A stretch of 64,000 nucleotides of DNA from an uncultured Thermotogaceae bacterium (GTDB lineage: Bacteria; Thermotogota; Thermotogae; MWEM01). Below, in pieces: positions 47,664 through 57,859 of this stretch; within the stretch, counting starts at the first letter, position 1, and every line of letters begins with the position of its first letter. The stretch is taken from assembly GCA_964604305.1 (NCBI GenBank), contig CAZRYM010000002.1, positions 15,639 through 79,638 on the forward strand. Direction: 5' to 3'. Position numbers and translations under genes: made by a program. The notes below the pieces were generated by a model. The model was given only the letters and a program-made list of their open reading frames with translations. It was not told the origin of the DNA and did no database searches.

Positions 47664-49073
47664 ATGGCTTATCGTGTTGAAAGGCCCTCTTACCAAGATA
47701 AAGAGGGTATCATTGAACTTTGTTCAGGTATTTGGGATGGAAACGATTATATCCCTTATCTATTGGATAAGTGGTTAAATATTTCTGATCCTTTTTTAAT
47801 CGTACGTGATACACAAAACGGGAAGATTTGTGCCATTGATCATGCCACAATCTTCAATGACGTTGCTTATGGAGAAGGGCTGCGGGTCCATGTGGATTAT
47901 AGGGGAAAGGGGCTGGCAAAGCTCATCACAAAAGAGATGATGAGTGAGATTTTAAAGCGTGGTGTGAGTGATTATAAGGCGCTTATTTTTTCACAGACTT
48001 TGGACAGTATTTATCTTTCTGAAAAGGCCTTTTTTGAACAGGTGAACAGTTTTTATTTGCTTGAAAAAGAAGTGGATAAATCCCGAAAAGACATCCAGAC
48101 TATTCAAGAGATAAAAATACGAACAATTTTTCCCGAAGAAATATCAAGGCGCAGAAATGATTTCAGTCAATTACTTTTTGCAACTGGTGGTGCTATTGTA
48201 GATGCTTGGACGTATTATCCCACAACGGAATTTCTTTCTGATAAATTCCTGTTTGAAAGTGATGATGGGAAGCTAATTGCAGGTTTACACGAACATGAAA
48301 AGGAAATTTTTTCTATTTGCCTTTATTCTCAGCCCGGTGAGTGGATTAGGGAAATGATACCTCATCTGGAGGTTTATGCAAATCATTACGGATGTGATGT
48401 TTTAAGTATTGCCGTTCCATATTCACATAAAAATTGGACAGAAGTCTTTTTAAAGGCAGGTTTTACTACTCTTTGGGGTGACGGAGAATTGTCATTGGAG
48501 GAATCTTCAGCCTTTCTTTACTCATTGAATCGAGCCAAAATGGATCAGATCATCCTCCCCAAACAGATGGAAAAAAGTCATTTGCCATCGAATTATTATA
48601 GATGTAAATCAAGGTGTAAATATGGTTTCAGTCGGGTTATTGAAAGTTTTCCCCTAAAAAACGGAGAGCCCTTTCCCACCACTTATTATCTCGTCTGCCC
48701 TCATTTGAACTATCATCTCTCAAAACTGGAAGAATCCGGGGTTATATCCGCTTTAGATGAACTGAAGCATACAACGGAGTACCAACAGGTGGACAGATTT
48801 TACACAAAGGAAAGACACGACAGATTAAATCATTCGTTGATGGTTTATGAGGAAATTAAAGAGCGTTTTTCTGAAGCATTGGATCTTGGTATTGGCGGCA
48901 TAAAGGATAAAAAGGGTATAAAATGTCTTCATCTTCACGTTGCGACTTATCTTGCTTCTCTAAATGATCCGGTTGGTCGGAGGGCTATGGAACTGTTAAG
49001 AGAAAAAGGGATTGAAGAGAATTGTGATAATATAGACTGTTTTAAATATTTTGAAGCCTATTATATGAGGTGA
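47664..49073 (+). CDS. Hypothetical protein: N-terminal GNAT acetyltransferase-like domain fused to a C-terminal domain of unknown function
   Basis: ...RVHVDYRGKGLAKLI is the GNAT motif A region; C-terminal half (CPHL...KCLHLH) of unknown function. Confidence 0.5.
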   Translation: MAYRVERPSYQDKEGIIELCSGIWDGNDYIPYLLDKWLNISDPFLIVRDTQNGKICAIDHATIFNDVAYGEGLRVHVDYRGKGLAKLITKEMMSEILKRGVSDYKALIFSQTLDSIYLSEKAFFEQVNSFYLLEKEVDKSRKDIQTIQEIKIRTIFPEEISRRRNDFSQLLFATGGAIVDAWTYYPTTEFLSDKFLFESDDGKLIAGLHEHEKEIFSICLYSQPGEWIREMIPHLEVYANHYGCDVLSIAVPYSHKNWTEVFLKAGFTTLWGDGELSLEESSAFLYSLNRAKMDQIILPKQMEKSHLPSNYYRCKSRCKYGFSRVIESFPLKNGEPFPTTYYLVCPHLNYHLSKLEESGVISALDELKHTTEYQQVDRFYTKERHDRLNHSLMVYEEIKERFSEALDLGIGGIKDKKGIKCLHLHVATYLASLNDPVGRRAMELLREKGIEENCDNIDCFKYFEAYYMR

Positions 49074-49077
49074 TTCT

Positions 49078-50184
49078 TTGAAAATTGGAATGATTTTTGG
49101 TACGAGACCTGAAGCGATTAAAATGGCGCCTTTGTACCATCAGCTAAAACAAAAGGGAGTTGATGCAAAAGTCATAGCGACTGCTCAACACAGAGAGATG
49201 CTTGATCAGGTTTTGGAATTGTTTTCCGTCAAAGCTGATTATGATTTAAATGTAATGAAACATAGACAAAGCCTTGCGGGTCTAACTGCCAGATTATGTG
49301 ATGCCATCGATTCAGTTTTCAATAATGAAGCCTTTGACTGGATTCTTACACAGGGAGATACCACATCCACCTTTGTTGGCTCTTTGATTGCCTTTTATCA
49401 TAAAATTCCCGTTGGGCATGTTGAAGCGGGATTGCGTTCTTTTCAAATGGACGATCCTTTTCCTGAAGAGTTGAACAGGAGAATGACTTCTCAGTTGGCA
49501 ACCCTTCATTTTGCACCAACCAGCCAGGCAAGGGAAAATCTGATTCGCGATAATATCGATGAGAAACGGATAGCAGTAACCGGAAATACAGTAATAGATG
49601 CTCTCTTGTGGATAATCGGACAAAAGAAATCAGAACTGAATCTCATTGTAAAAAAATACAGATTGCAAAATAAAAAGTACATTCTCATGACCATGCACAG
49701 GCGTGAAAATCATGGTGCCAAGATGGAAAATACCATGCGGGGGATCAGGAAGCTTCTTACAAGATATAATGATTATCACATCATTTTCCCGGTTCATTTC
49801 AATCCTGCGGTCAGAGATGTTGTTTATAAGGAACTGAGAGGTTTAGATAATATAACATTAACTGACCCTGTTGAATATCTTGATTTTTTGGCTTTGATGA
49901 GGGATTGCCGATTCATTATCAGTGATTCCGGCGGGGTACAGGAAGAGGCCCCCACACTGGGTAAGCCTGTGCTGGTGCTCAGGGAGACGACCGAGCGCCC
50001 GGAAGCTATTGAATCAGGGGTTGCGAGATTAATTGGTACCGACACGGAGTCTGTATTCGAAAACTGTGCAAAGTTAATTGAGGATAAAGCAATGTATCAA
50101 GCTATGTCAATCGCTTCAAATCCCTTTGGGCAGGGAAATGCATCAGAAAAAATTACAGAACTTATTTTGAATTTCAATAGATAG
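49078..50184 (+). CDS. wecB: UDP-N-acetylglucosamine 2-epimerase (non-hydrolysing)
   Basis: TTG start after GAGGTG; IFGTRPEAIKMAP; HVEAGLRS; GDSGG. Confidence 0.85.
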   Translation: MKIGMIFGTRPEAIKMAPLYHQLKQKGVDAKVIATAQHREMLDQVLELFSVKADYDLNVMKHRQSLAGLTARLCDAIDSVFNNEAFDWILTQGDTTSTFVGSLIAFYHKIPVGHVEAGLRSFQMDDPFPEELNRRMTSQLATLHFAPTSQARENLIRDNIDEKRIAVTGNTVIDALLWIIGQKKSELNLIVKKYRLQNKKYILMTMHRRENHGAKMENTMRGIRKLLTRYNDYHIIFPVHFNPAVRDVVYKELRGLDNITLTDPVEYLDFLALMRDCRFIISDSGGVQEEAPTLGKPVLVLRETTERPEAIESGVARLIGTDTESVFENCAKLIEDKAMYQAMSIASNPFGQGNASEKITELILNFNR

Positions 50185-50194
50185 GGGTATAAAA

Positions 50195-51196
50195 ATGTCT
50201 TATGATAATAAAATAAAATTGGTCCTTGCGCCCATGGCCGGTGTTACAAATAGAGCGTATCGTCGTTTGATTAGAGAAATAAATTCAACAGCTGTAGACC
50301 ACATTTTTACAGAGATGATAAATGCCACGGGGGTTTCTCGAATGGATAATGGTACACTTAACATGTTGCCTGGAGCTCACGAGGAGTGTATTGTTCAGAT
50401 ATATGGTAATAATGCCATTGATTTTTCCAGAGCATCAGAGTATATTTTATCAAATTATCAGCATGTAACCGGTATAGATATCAACGCTGCATGCCCGGTA
50501 AAAAAGGTTGTCAGAAACGGTTCAGGTGCGGCATTGCTTCACGATATTGATAAGTTAAAAGACATCTTGAGAGAAGTTAGAGCCATTATGAAGGGAACGG
50601 GAAAAACCCTGAGTCTTAAAATAAGAAAGGGTTGGGAAGGATACGAGAATTATCAGGAAGTTATCAGGCTTTGTGAAAAAAATGATGTAGATTTTATTTC
50701 CATACATGGAAGAACAGTTGAACAAATGTATTCAGGAAATGCAGATTTATCAATTCTTGAAAGAATTGATAAATCGGAGCAGTGCCAGATATTCTGGACA
50801 GGTGATGTTTTTAGCATGGAGTCTATAGAAAGGATTCTTAATTATACTGATAAGGTGAACGGGATTCTCTTTGCCAGAGGGACATTTGGAAACCCTTGGT
50901 TAATTAGGGAAGCAAGAGATTTTATCAGCGGCAATATGGTGAAGGAAGTCAGTTTCAAGGAGAAAAAGGGCGCCATAATTAGACATATGGAATTGTTATT
51001 GGAAGATTATGCACATTTAAAAGCTCTCGGACAATTTAAAAGATTTGTTGCAGGTTATACAAAGGGAATACGAGATGTTCGACAAAAAAGGAATGCCATT
51101 TATCGTATGAACGATTTGAATGGATTAGTAAGTTTATTAATCGCCACAATATCCGCTGACTATGATGATAATATGGGAAAAAAAAGATTATCATAA
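50195..51196 (+). CDS. dus: tRNA-dihydrouridine synthase
   Basis: LAPMAGVTNRAYRRL; DINAACP catalytic Cys; TIM-barrel FMN motifs. Confidence 0.85.
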   Translation: MSYDNKIKLVLAPMAGVTNRAYRRLIREINSTAVDHIFTEMINATGVSRMDNGTLNMLPGAHEECIVQIYGNNAIDFSRASEYILSNYQHVTGIDINAACPVKKVVRNGSGAALLHDIDKLKDILREVRAIMKGTGKTLSLKIRKGWEGYENYQEVIRLCEKNDVDFISIHGRTVEQMYSGNADLSILERIDKSEQCQIFWTGDVFSMESIERILNYTDKVNGILFARGTFGNPWLIREARDFISGNMVKEVSFKEKKGAIIRHMELLLEDYAHLKALGQFKRFVAGYTKGIRDVRQKRNAIYRMNDLNGLVSLLIATISADYDDNMGKKRLS

Positions 51197-51331
51197 ATAA
51201 ATTGGTAAAAACCATGCCAATTTTTTCTTTTTTGTAAGATAGAAAAAAACAATAATCCGTTTTTTTGAGTATAATAAAATTATAACAGGGTTCGTTTCTA
51301 AGAATGAAGCGGGCCTTTTTTTAGAGTCTAC

Positions 51332-51847
51332 GTGGGGAGTTGCGTTTCTATTCAGACCAAAAAAGTAACAATACTTGGAATCGATCCGGGATATGGACGG
51401 GTGGGGTTTGGTATCATTCAACTAACGGGAAATAAATTCGTTCATACAGCTCATGGAGTCATCGAGACTTCAAAAAAGGAGAAGCTTTCCTATAGATTAA
51501 ATGAAATATATGAATCCGTCAATGAGATAATAGAAAGGTACAAACCTGAAGAGGTGGCAATCGAAAGATTGTTTTTTTTCAGGAATGTTACTACAGCTCT
51601 TGCAGTTAGTGAGGCAAGGGGAGTTATACAATTGGCATCATTTCGAGAGAGCTTGGATATATATGAATATACGCCTTTCGAAATCAAACAGGCGGTCACA
51701 GGTAATGGACGAGCTGAAAAAGGCCAAATGCAAAGAGTATTGAAAATGTTTCTGTCTCTTCAGTCAACTCCAAAACCGGATGATGCAGCAGATGCTCTTG
51801 CTGCTGCTATTTGTCATGCTAACTCGAGAGGATCCTACAAAAGATAA
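51332..51847 (+). CDS. ruvC: Crossover junction endodeoxyribonuclease RuvC
   Basis: ILGIDPGYGRVGFGI with catalytic Asp; ...PDDAADALAAAICH C-terminal motif; start codon uncertain (GTG at 51332 or downstream non-canonical). Confidence 0.8.
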   Translation: MGSCVSIQTKKVTILGIDPGYGRVGFGIIQLTGNKFVHTAHGVIETSKKEKLSYRLNEIYESVNEIIERYKPEEVAIERLFFFRNVTTALAVSEARGVIQLASFRESLDIYEYTPFEIKQAVTGNGRAEKGQMQRVLKMFLSLQSTPKPDDAADALAAAICHANSRGSYKR

Positions 51848-51911
51848 TGGTTATTATTGAATAGATGATTTTATTTTATAAGGTAATTCAGGTTGTCAGT
51901 TTGGAGGTATT

Positions 51912-54900
51912 ATGGTTGTTGAAATTCCGGAGATTGGGATACCTATTACAAAATTACTTGAAAGACTTGGTCTTGGTGAGATTGAGCTTGAAGGTGTCAT
52001 AAGTAGCATTTCTTTTAACTTTAATGACGAGAAAGAGCAAGGTACCTTGGTGATTAATTGTCAGGATGAGATAGAAAATGATTCTTTAGATATGATTTGT
52101 GGCGCGTTGAATGCCTATTTTAAATGTGACTTAAAAGTGTCGCTTAAAAATGAGCATTTAACTCCTGCTAAGGAAACTGTGTTGAGATGGAAAAAGATTC
52201 TTGATATTTTAAATGGAAGTTTTTCATACGTTACTGATGCCGTTTATATCCGAGCAGAAACGGATGATTGTGTCTGTTGTCATGTCCCTAATGCATTTGT
52301 GTTGAATAAGATCAGAAAGAATAAAACTATGTTGCTAGAAGCTATCGAAAGGGTAGTCAAGCAGAAGGTTGATGTGACTTTCGTCCTGGATGATAATGAA
52401 GAGTCTCAGAATGAATCTTCATATTCTCCGGAAATAACTGTTACGGATGTTTTGATGCAAACTAATCCAGTTCCAAAAAAACCCCCTAAAAAATTGGAGC
52501 AATTGGCCTTTTCGGATTCTCCCACACCAATTTATCAGATGGTATTCAACCGATCAACTTTTACAATAGAAGGGGAGGTTTTTTCGTTTGAATATCGTGA
52601 TAATTCGGGGGTAGCAACTTTAGGTTTGTACGATGGCACCGATTCAGTAAAATGCATCGCTTTTAGGGACTGTGCCAAATGGTTAAATGACAATGTCAAA
52701 AATGGAATAAGAATTGTGGCTTTGGGGAAGGCAACTGTTGATAACAGGACTCAAAAGCCGGCTTTTTTCATCGATCAGGCAAAAACAGCAGCACAAAAAG
52801 AAGAGATAACTGACGAAGAATCTGTAAAGAGGGTGGAATTACATGCCCATACCCAGATGAGTGCCATGGATTCCATCATGAAGATTGATGATTATATCAA
52901 TACTGCCTCAAGGTGGGGATGGGAAGCACTTGCCGTTACAGATCATGGTGTTGTTCAAGCCTTTCCCGATTTGTATGAAAAGTGTATCAAAAAGGGCATA
53001 AAGCCCATTTTTGGAATGGAAGGCTATTTGGTTGATGTGACACCAATTGTTTACAATAAAGAATTGATTGAAGAAACTTCCTTTACGCAAACAGAAATAG
53101 AGAAATTGCAATATGTGGTGTTTGATTTTGAAACAACCGGGTTAAGTCCATTAAATGACACAATCATTGAGTTTGGTGCAGTTAAAATCAAAAATGGTGA
53201 AATAGTAGATACCTTTTCTGCCCTTATCAATCCAAAAAGGAACATCTCGGAAAAAATCACAGAAATTACAGGTATTACCAACGATATGCTAAAAGGAAAA
53301 CCTGAGATTGAAGAAATCCTCCCGGGATTTCTGGATTTCATAAAAGGTAGTATTTTAGTAGCTCATAACGCCAATTTTGATTATCGTTTTTTAAAACAAC
53401 AAGTAAAAAAAGTCTTGAAACAAGAATATCACTGTGCCTATATCGACACACTTTCTCTTTCCAGAGCCCTCTTGAGCATTAGAAGTAATTCTTTAGATAA
53501 GGTCGTAAAGGCACTAAAGCTTGAAGAATTCAATCATCACAGGGCTCTTGATGATGCAGATATTACCGGGAAGGTTTTTTTATCGCTTGTTGATATTGCA
53601 AAAAAACGTGGCAAAACAACCCTTAGCGCGTTGGATTCTTTAAAAAGCGAAATGGACCTGAAAAAACTCTTTGGGAGAGATTTCACGATCTATGTATTAA
53701 ACTCAAAGGGTTTATACAATTTATACAAGCTTGTGACCGAAAGTCATATCAAGTATTTTGGCAAAGGTGTTCCACTGATACCAAAGGAATTACTCTCCCA
53801 AAACAGAGAAGGTTTGCTTGTGGGGACGGGAAGCCCAATGAGTGAGTTATCCTCTGCTTATCGGTATGGTTATGATGAGTCCGAATTGAAGGAAATCGCA
53901 CAATTCTACGATTTTGTAGAAATAATGCCACCGGATGCTTATACAGAAGTAGAAGAGGGTATGAATTACGATAAGATGCTGCATATGTATCAAACTTTTT
54001 ATAAACTCAGTTCTGCGATTGGTCTTGATTGTATCATGACGGGGAATGCCCACTATTTAAAACCTGAGAATAAAAAACCCTGGTCGATCATGAAAATTAG
54101 TGAAAAGGCACTTCGAAGAAGAAACAAAAAATTTTCATCTGACATGTATCAAACAGTGAATTTACAGCTTAGAACAACGAGTGAAATGCTAGCAATCGCT
54201 GAAAAGATCACGGGCTCATCCGAAGCAGCCCGGCAGGTTGTTTTAGAAAACCCCAAAAAAATTGTTGAGAAAACCGATGATATAAAACCCATCACCCGAA
54301 AGCTACATACTCCTGAAATGGAAGGAGCCGATGAAGAGATAAGAGAAATTTCCTATCATAAGATGCACGAAATTTATGGGAAAAATCCTCCTGAAGATGT
54401 TGAAAAACGGTTGAACTTTGAATTGGATGCCATCATAGGGAATGGATATTCTGTACTTTATCTGATTGCCCAGAAGATTGTGAAAAAATCAATGGAAGAC
54501 GGTTACTTGGTTGGATCAAGAGGCTCTGTGGGGTCTTCACTTGTAGCCACAATGCTTGGTATTACCGAAGTTAATCCCCTTGCCCCCCATTATGTTTGTC
54601 CTGTCTGTAAAAAAACCGAATTTGCAATGATAGAGGGATGTTCATCCGGGTACGATTTACCAGATAAGTCGTGTTCCGAATGTGAGACTAAGATGCAAAA
54701 ATTTGGACAGGAGATCCCTTTTGAGACTTTTATGGGATTCAACGGAAACAAAGTGCCGGATATTGACTTGAATTTTTCAGGAGAATATCAGACCAAGGCA
54801 CATAAATATATTGAAGAATTATTTGGTTCTGACCACGTCTTTAAAGCAGGTACCATCAGTACAGTTGCCGATAAGACTGCTTATGGATATGTACTTCGTT

Positions 54901-56180
54901 TTGAGGAGGCCACCGAGCAATCCATCAAAGATATAGAGAAGGAAAGGATCGCTCAGGAAATAGCCGGTGTTAAGCGGACCACCGGTCAGCATCCAGGAGG
55001 ATTAATGATTGTGCCTAAATCCAAAACAGTCTTTGAATTCACTCCGGTACAACATCCGGCAAATGACAGAAATTCAGATATCCAGACTACACATTTCGAT
55101 TATCATTCTATTCATGATGATCTTGTGAAAATTGATGCACTTGGACATGACGATCCCACTTTCATGAGATACCTTCAGGATATTACCAATCTCAATCCGC
55201 TTGATGTGCCAATGGATGATAAAAAGACCATTGAGCTTTTTTCAAGTATGCGACCCATCGGATTAAAAAACGGAGATATTCCCGGAGTAGAGAACGGTTC
55301 ATTGGGTATTCCTGAATTTGGAACGACTTTTGTTCGAAGTATGCTTCTTGACACTCGCCCAAAAACATTTGCGGATTTGGTTAGAATATCAGGTTTATCA
55401 CACGGTACAGGGGTTTGGATTGATAATGCCAAAAATTTAATTAATGACAGAGTAGCAAAGCTGCAAGATGTGATCGCTTGTCGTGATGATATAATGAATA
55501 AATTGATCCACAGCGGGATAGAACATGTTCAGGCATTTCAAATAATGGAAACGGTAAGAAAAGGCAAAGAACTTAAGTTGGAAGACATTGAAACTATGAA
55601 AAAACATGGAATCAAAGACTGGTTCATGAAATCATGTGAATCTATCAAATATCTGTTTCCGAAAGCCCATGCAGTTGCTTATGTTTCTATGGCCTTTCGT
55701 GTTGCTTTCTTTAAGGTTCATCACCCACTTGCTTTTTATTCCACATATTTTACGGTAAAGGGTGGGGAGTTTGATGTTAATCTTATCATGAGTGGTCCTG
55801 AAAAGATTAGAATGTGGTTGAAGGACCCGGAATCATACGCCAGTATGAGTAAACAGAAATTGAACGCATCCAGAATTATCAACGAAATCGGGTTGGAGAT
55901 GCTTCTAAGGGGGTTTGAATTCCTGCCGGTTAATATAAAAAAATCAAGTATAAATACTTTTAAAATAGAGGATTCCAAATTACGGATACCTTTTAACAGA
56001 GTAAGTGGTTTGGGTGACAGAGTTGCAAAATCTATCGTTGCTGAAAGGGAAAAGAGCGATTTTGTATCTATAGATGATTTTAACAATAGAACTTTAGTAT
56101 CAAATTCAACCATAGACATTCTCAGAGAGATGGAGGCTTTTGACGGGTTACAAGAACATGCACAGTATTCACTATTTTAA
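51912..56180 (+). CDS. polC: DNA polymerase III PolC-type (PHP-exonuclease-polymerase)
   Basis: HAHTQMSAMD PHP; YVVFDFETTGLSP DEDDh exonuclease insertion; 1422 aa; RBS GGAGGT. Confidence 0.9.
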   Translation: MVVEIPEIGIPITKLLERLGLGEIELEGVISSISFNFNDEKEQGTLVINCQDEIENDSLDMICGALNAYFKCDLKVSLKNEHLTPAKETVLRWKKILDILNGSFSYVTDAVYIRAETDDCVCCHVPNAFVLNKIRKNKTMLLEAIERVVKQKVDVTFVLDDNEESQNESSYSPEITVTDVLMQTNPVPKKPPKKLEQLAFSDSPTPIYQMVFNRSTFTIEGEVFSFEYRDNSGVATLGLYDGTDSVKCIAFRDCAKWLNDNVKNGIRIVALGKATVDNRTQKPAFFIDQAKTAAQKEEITDEESVKRVELHAHTQMSAMDSIMKIDDYINTASRWGWEALAVTDHGVVQAFPDLYEKCIKKGIKPIFGMEGYLVDVTPIVYNKELIEETSFTQTEIEKLQYVVFDFETTGLSPLNDTIIEFGAVKIKNGEIVDTFSALINPKRNISEKITEITGITNDMLKGKPEIEEILPGFLDFIKGSILVAHNANFDYRFLKQQVKKVLKQEYHCAYIDTLSLSRALLSIRSNSLDKVVKALKLEEFNHHRALDDADITGKVFLSLVDIAKKRGKTTLSALDSLKSEMDLKKLFGRDFTIYVLNSKGLYNLYKLVTESHIKYFGKGVPLIPKELLSQNREGLLVGTGSPMSELSSAYRYGYDESELKEIAQFYDFVEIMPPDAYTEVEEGMNYDKMLHMYQTFYKLSSAIGLDCIMTGNAHYLKPENKKPWSIMKISEKALRRRNKKFSSDMYQTVNLQLRTTSEMLAIAEKITGSSEAARQVVLENPKKIVEKTDDIKPITRKLHTPEMEGADEEIREISYHKMHEIYGKNPPEDVEKRLNFELDAIIGNGYSVLYLIAQKIVKKSMEDGYLVGSRGSVGSSLVATMLGITEVNPLAPHYVCPVCKKTEFAMIEGCSSGYDLPDKSCSECETKMQKFGQEIPFETFMGFNGNKVPDIDLNFSGEYQTKAHKYIEELFGSDHVFKAGTISTVADKTAYGYVLRFEEATEQSIKDIEKERIAQEIAGVKRTTGQHPGGLMIVPKSKTVFEFTPVQHPANDRNSDIQTTHFDYHSIHDDLVKIDALGHDDPTFMRYLQDITNLNPLDVPMDDKKTIELFSSMRPIGLKNGDIPGVENGSLGIPEFGTTFVRSMLLDTRPKTFADLVRISGLSHGTGVWIDNAKNLINDRVAKLQDVIACRDDIMNKLIHSGIEHVQAFQIMETVRKGKELKLEDIETMKKHGIKDWFMKSCESIKYLFPKAHAVAYVSMAFRVAFFKVHHPLAFYSTYFTVKGGEFDVNLIMSGPEKIRMWLKDPESYASMSKQKLNASRIINEIGLEMLLRGFEFLPVNIKKSSINTFKIEDSKLRIPFNRVSGLGDRVAKSIVAEREKSDFVSIDDFNNRTLVSNSTIDILREMEAFDGLQEHAQYSLF

Positions 56181-56192
56181 TGGAGGAGAGAG

Positions 56193-56666
56193 ATGACTGA
56201 GAAGATCAGGATAGGGAAAAAGAAGCATATCGCGTTAATTGCCCATGATTACAGAAAAAAGGATTTAATCGAATGGGTACATTATAACAAAGGAACACTC
56301 TCCACTCACCATCTGTACGGAACAGGAACAACAGGAAGCTTGATAGAAGAAAAGATCGGTTTACCTGTAAAAACATTCAAAAGCGGTCCCCTGGGGGGAG
56401 ATCAACAAATAGGCGCAAAGATTGCAGAAGGGATTATCAATTGTTTGATCTTTTTTTGGGACCCATTATCCCCACATTCTCACGATGTGGATGTTAAGGC
56501 GTTGTTGAGAATTGCCACCGTTTATAATATACCGGTGGCTACCAACCGAGCTACAGCAGATTTTCTCATTAGTTCTCCTTTGATGGAGGAGGTTTACGAA
56601 AGGGATTTATACGATTTTCAATCGAGACATCGGAAGGAAACCTTGAGAGCCCTTAAGGAAGAATAA
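56193..56666 (+). CDS. mgsA: Methylglyoxal synthase
   Basis: [14 protein letters not shown]...LYGTGTTG...[10 protein letters not shown] is the MGS signature. Confidence 0.85.
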   Translation: MTEKIRIGKKKHIALIAHDYRKKDLIEWVHYNKGTLSTHHLYGTGTTGSLIEEKIGLPVKTFKSGPLGGDQQIGAKIAEGIINCLIFFWDPLSPHSHDVDVKALLRIATVYNIPVATNRATADFLISSPLMEEVYERDLYDFQSRHRKETLRALKEE

Positions 56667-56918
56667 TCGTGCAAACCCTTGCAAAGATTTTATACTTCTT
56701 TTGATTTAAAAAAGATTTATTGAATAAAAAGACACAATTAAGATAAGCTGCAGATAAACGATTTAGAAATGAACCATGTTTATAGAAAAAAACTTGAAAA
56801 AAGATAAGCTTGTAATTTTTTGGATGGCAGAGGGAATTTCTTTGTGTTATAATAATCTGGGAAAAATAGAAATTCGACTATCATTGACGAGCTGTCTTTT
56901 TTTTTATCAGCTTGTGAA

Positions 56919-57446
56919 GTGAATCACGAATCGGAGGTGTTGCTGTTGTCAACAGGTGAATCAAAAGTTGCTTGTGCAGAACATGAAAAGCTGTACGAAA
57001 AACTTGACGTGTTTATTGAAGAAGTAAAAGATAAACCCGGCGTACTGATCGAGGTACTACATAAGGCGCAAGAGATGTTCGGGTATCTTCCTGTAGAAGT
57101 ACAGAGCCATGTAGCTCAGAAATTAAATCTACCGGAAAGTCAGGTATATGGTGTCGTTACTTTTTACAATTTCTTCACCATGAAGCCCAGGGGAAAGAAT
57201 CAAATCAAGATCTGTCTTGGTACGGCTTGCTATGTAAAAGGCGCTGATAAAGTTCTTGACAGATTTAAAGAAGAACTAAAAGTTGAAATGGATGAAGTAA
57301 CAGAAGATGGTAACTTTTCTCTGCATGGTGTAAGATGCCTGGGGGCATGTTCTATGGCACCGGTAGTGTTAATTGGAGAAAAGGATTTTTATGGAAAAGT
57401 AACAGCGAACGAAATACCAAAGATATTAAAGAAATACAAGGGGTGA
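56919..57446 (+). CDS. NuoE/HndA-like [2Fe-2S] thioredoxin-like ferredoxin subunit (copy 1)
   Basis: KICLGTACYVKG...RCLGACSMAP four-Cys pattern of NuoE 24-kDa family; the start may be the internal TTG about 56943 after GGAGGTG. Confidence 0.8.
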   Translation: MNHESEVLLLSTGESKVACAEHEKLYEKLDVFIEEVKDKPGVLIEVLHKAQEMFGYLPVEVQSHVAQKLNLPESQVYGVVTFYNFFTMKPRGKNQIKICLGTACYVKGADKVLDRFKEELKVEMDEVTEDGNFSLHGVRCLGACSMAPVVLIGEKDFYGKVTANEIPKILKKYKG

Positions 57447-57830
57447 ATGAAGATGGCAAAGATTAAAAGTTTGGATGAGTTGATGAAAATAAAAGAAAAG
57501 GCCGTTAAGGATATCCAGATGAGAGATACAGAGAAGAAAGGGAAAATCGTAGTTGCAATGGGAACTTGTGGAATTGCTGCCGGTGCGAAGGAAACATTGC
57601 AGGCGGTTGTTAACGAATTGGAAAAAAATGGCATCGATGATGTATCCGTCGTTCAATCCGGTTGTATGGGATTATGTGATGTGGAACCCACAGTTGAGGT
57701 AGTCATGGAAGGCAGTGATCCCATCATCTATGGTCATGTTTCACCTGAGCAGGTAGCAAGAATAATTGACCAGCATGTAAAGAATGGAAAAGTTGTCAGT
57801 GATTTGTTAGTTAGAAAGGGCGAAATCTGA
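57447..57830 (+). CDS. HndB-like small thioredoxin-fold [2Fe-2S] ferredoxin
   Basis: VVAMGTCGIAAG...SGCMGLCDVEP; 127 aa. Confidence 0.65.
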   Translation: MKMAKIKSLDELMKIKEKAVKDIQMRDTEKKGKIVVAMGTCGIAAGAKETLQAVVNELEKNGIDDVSVVQSGCMGLCDVEPTVEVVMEGSDPIIYGHVSPEQVARIIDQHVKNGKVVSDLLVRKGEI

Positions 57831-57859
57831 TCAGATAAAAGATTGCGAGGTGAGTAGAG

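Noticed and set aside
56741-56815. Direct repeat AAGATAAGCT (x2, about 62 bp apart) upstream of the NuoE/NuoF cluster
   Set aside because: Only 10 nt, AT-rich context; could be chance. Mentioned for completeness but not reported as a finding.
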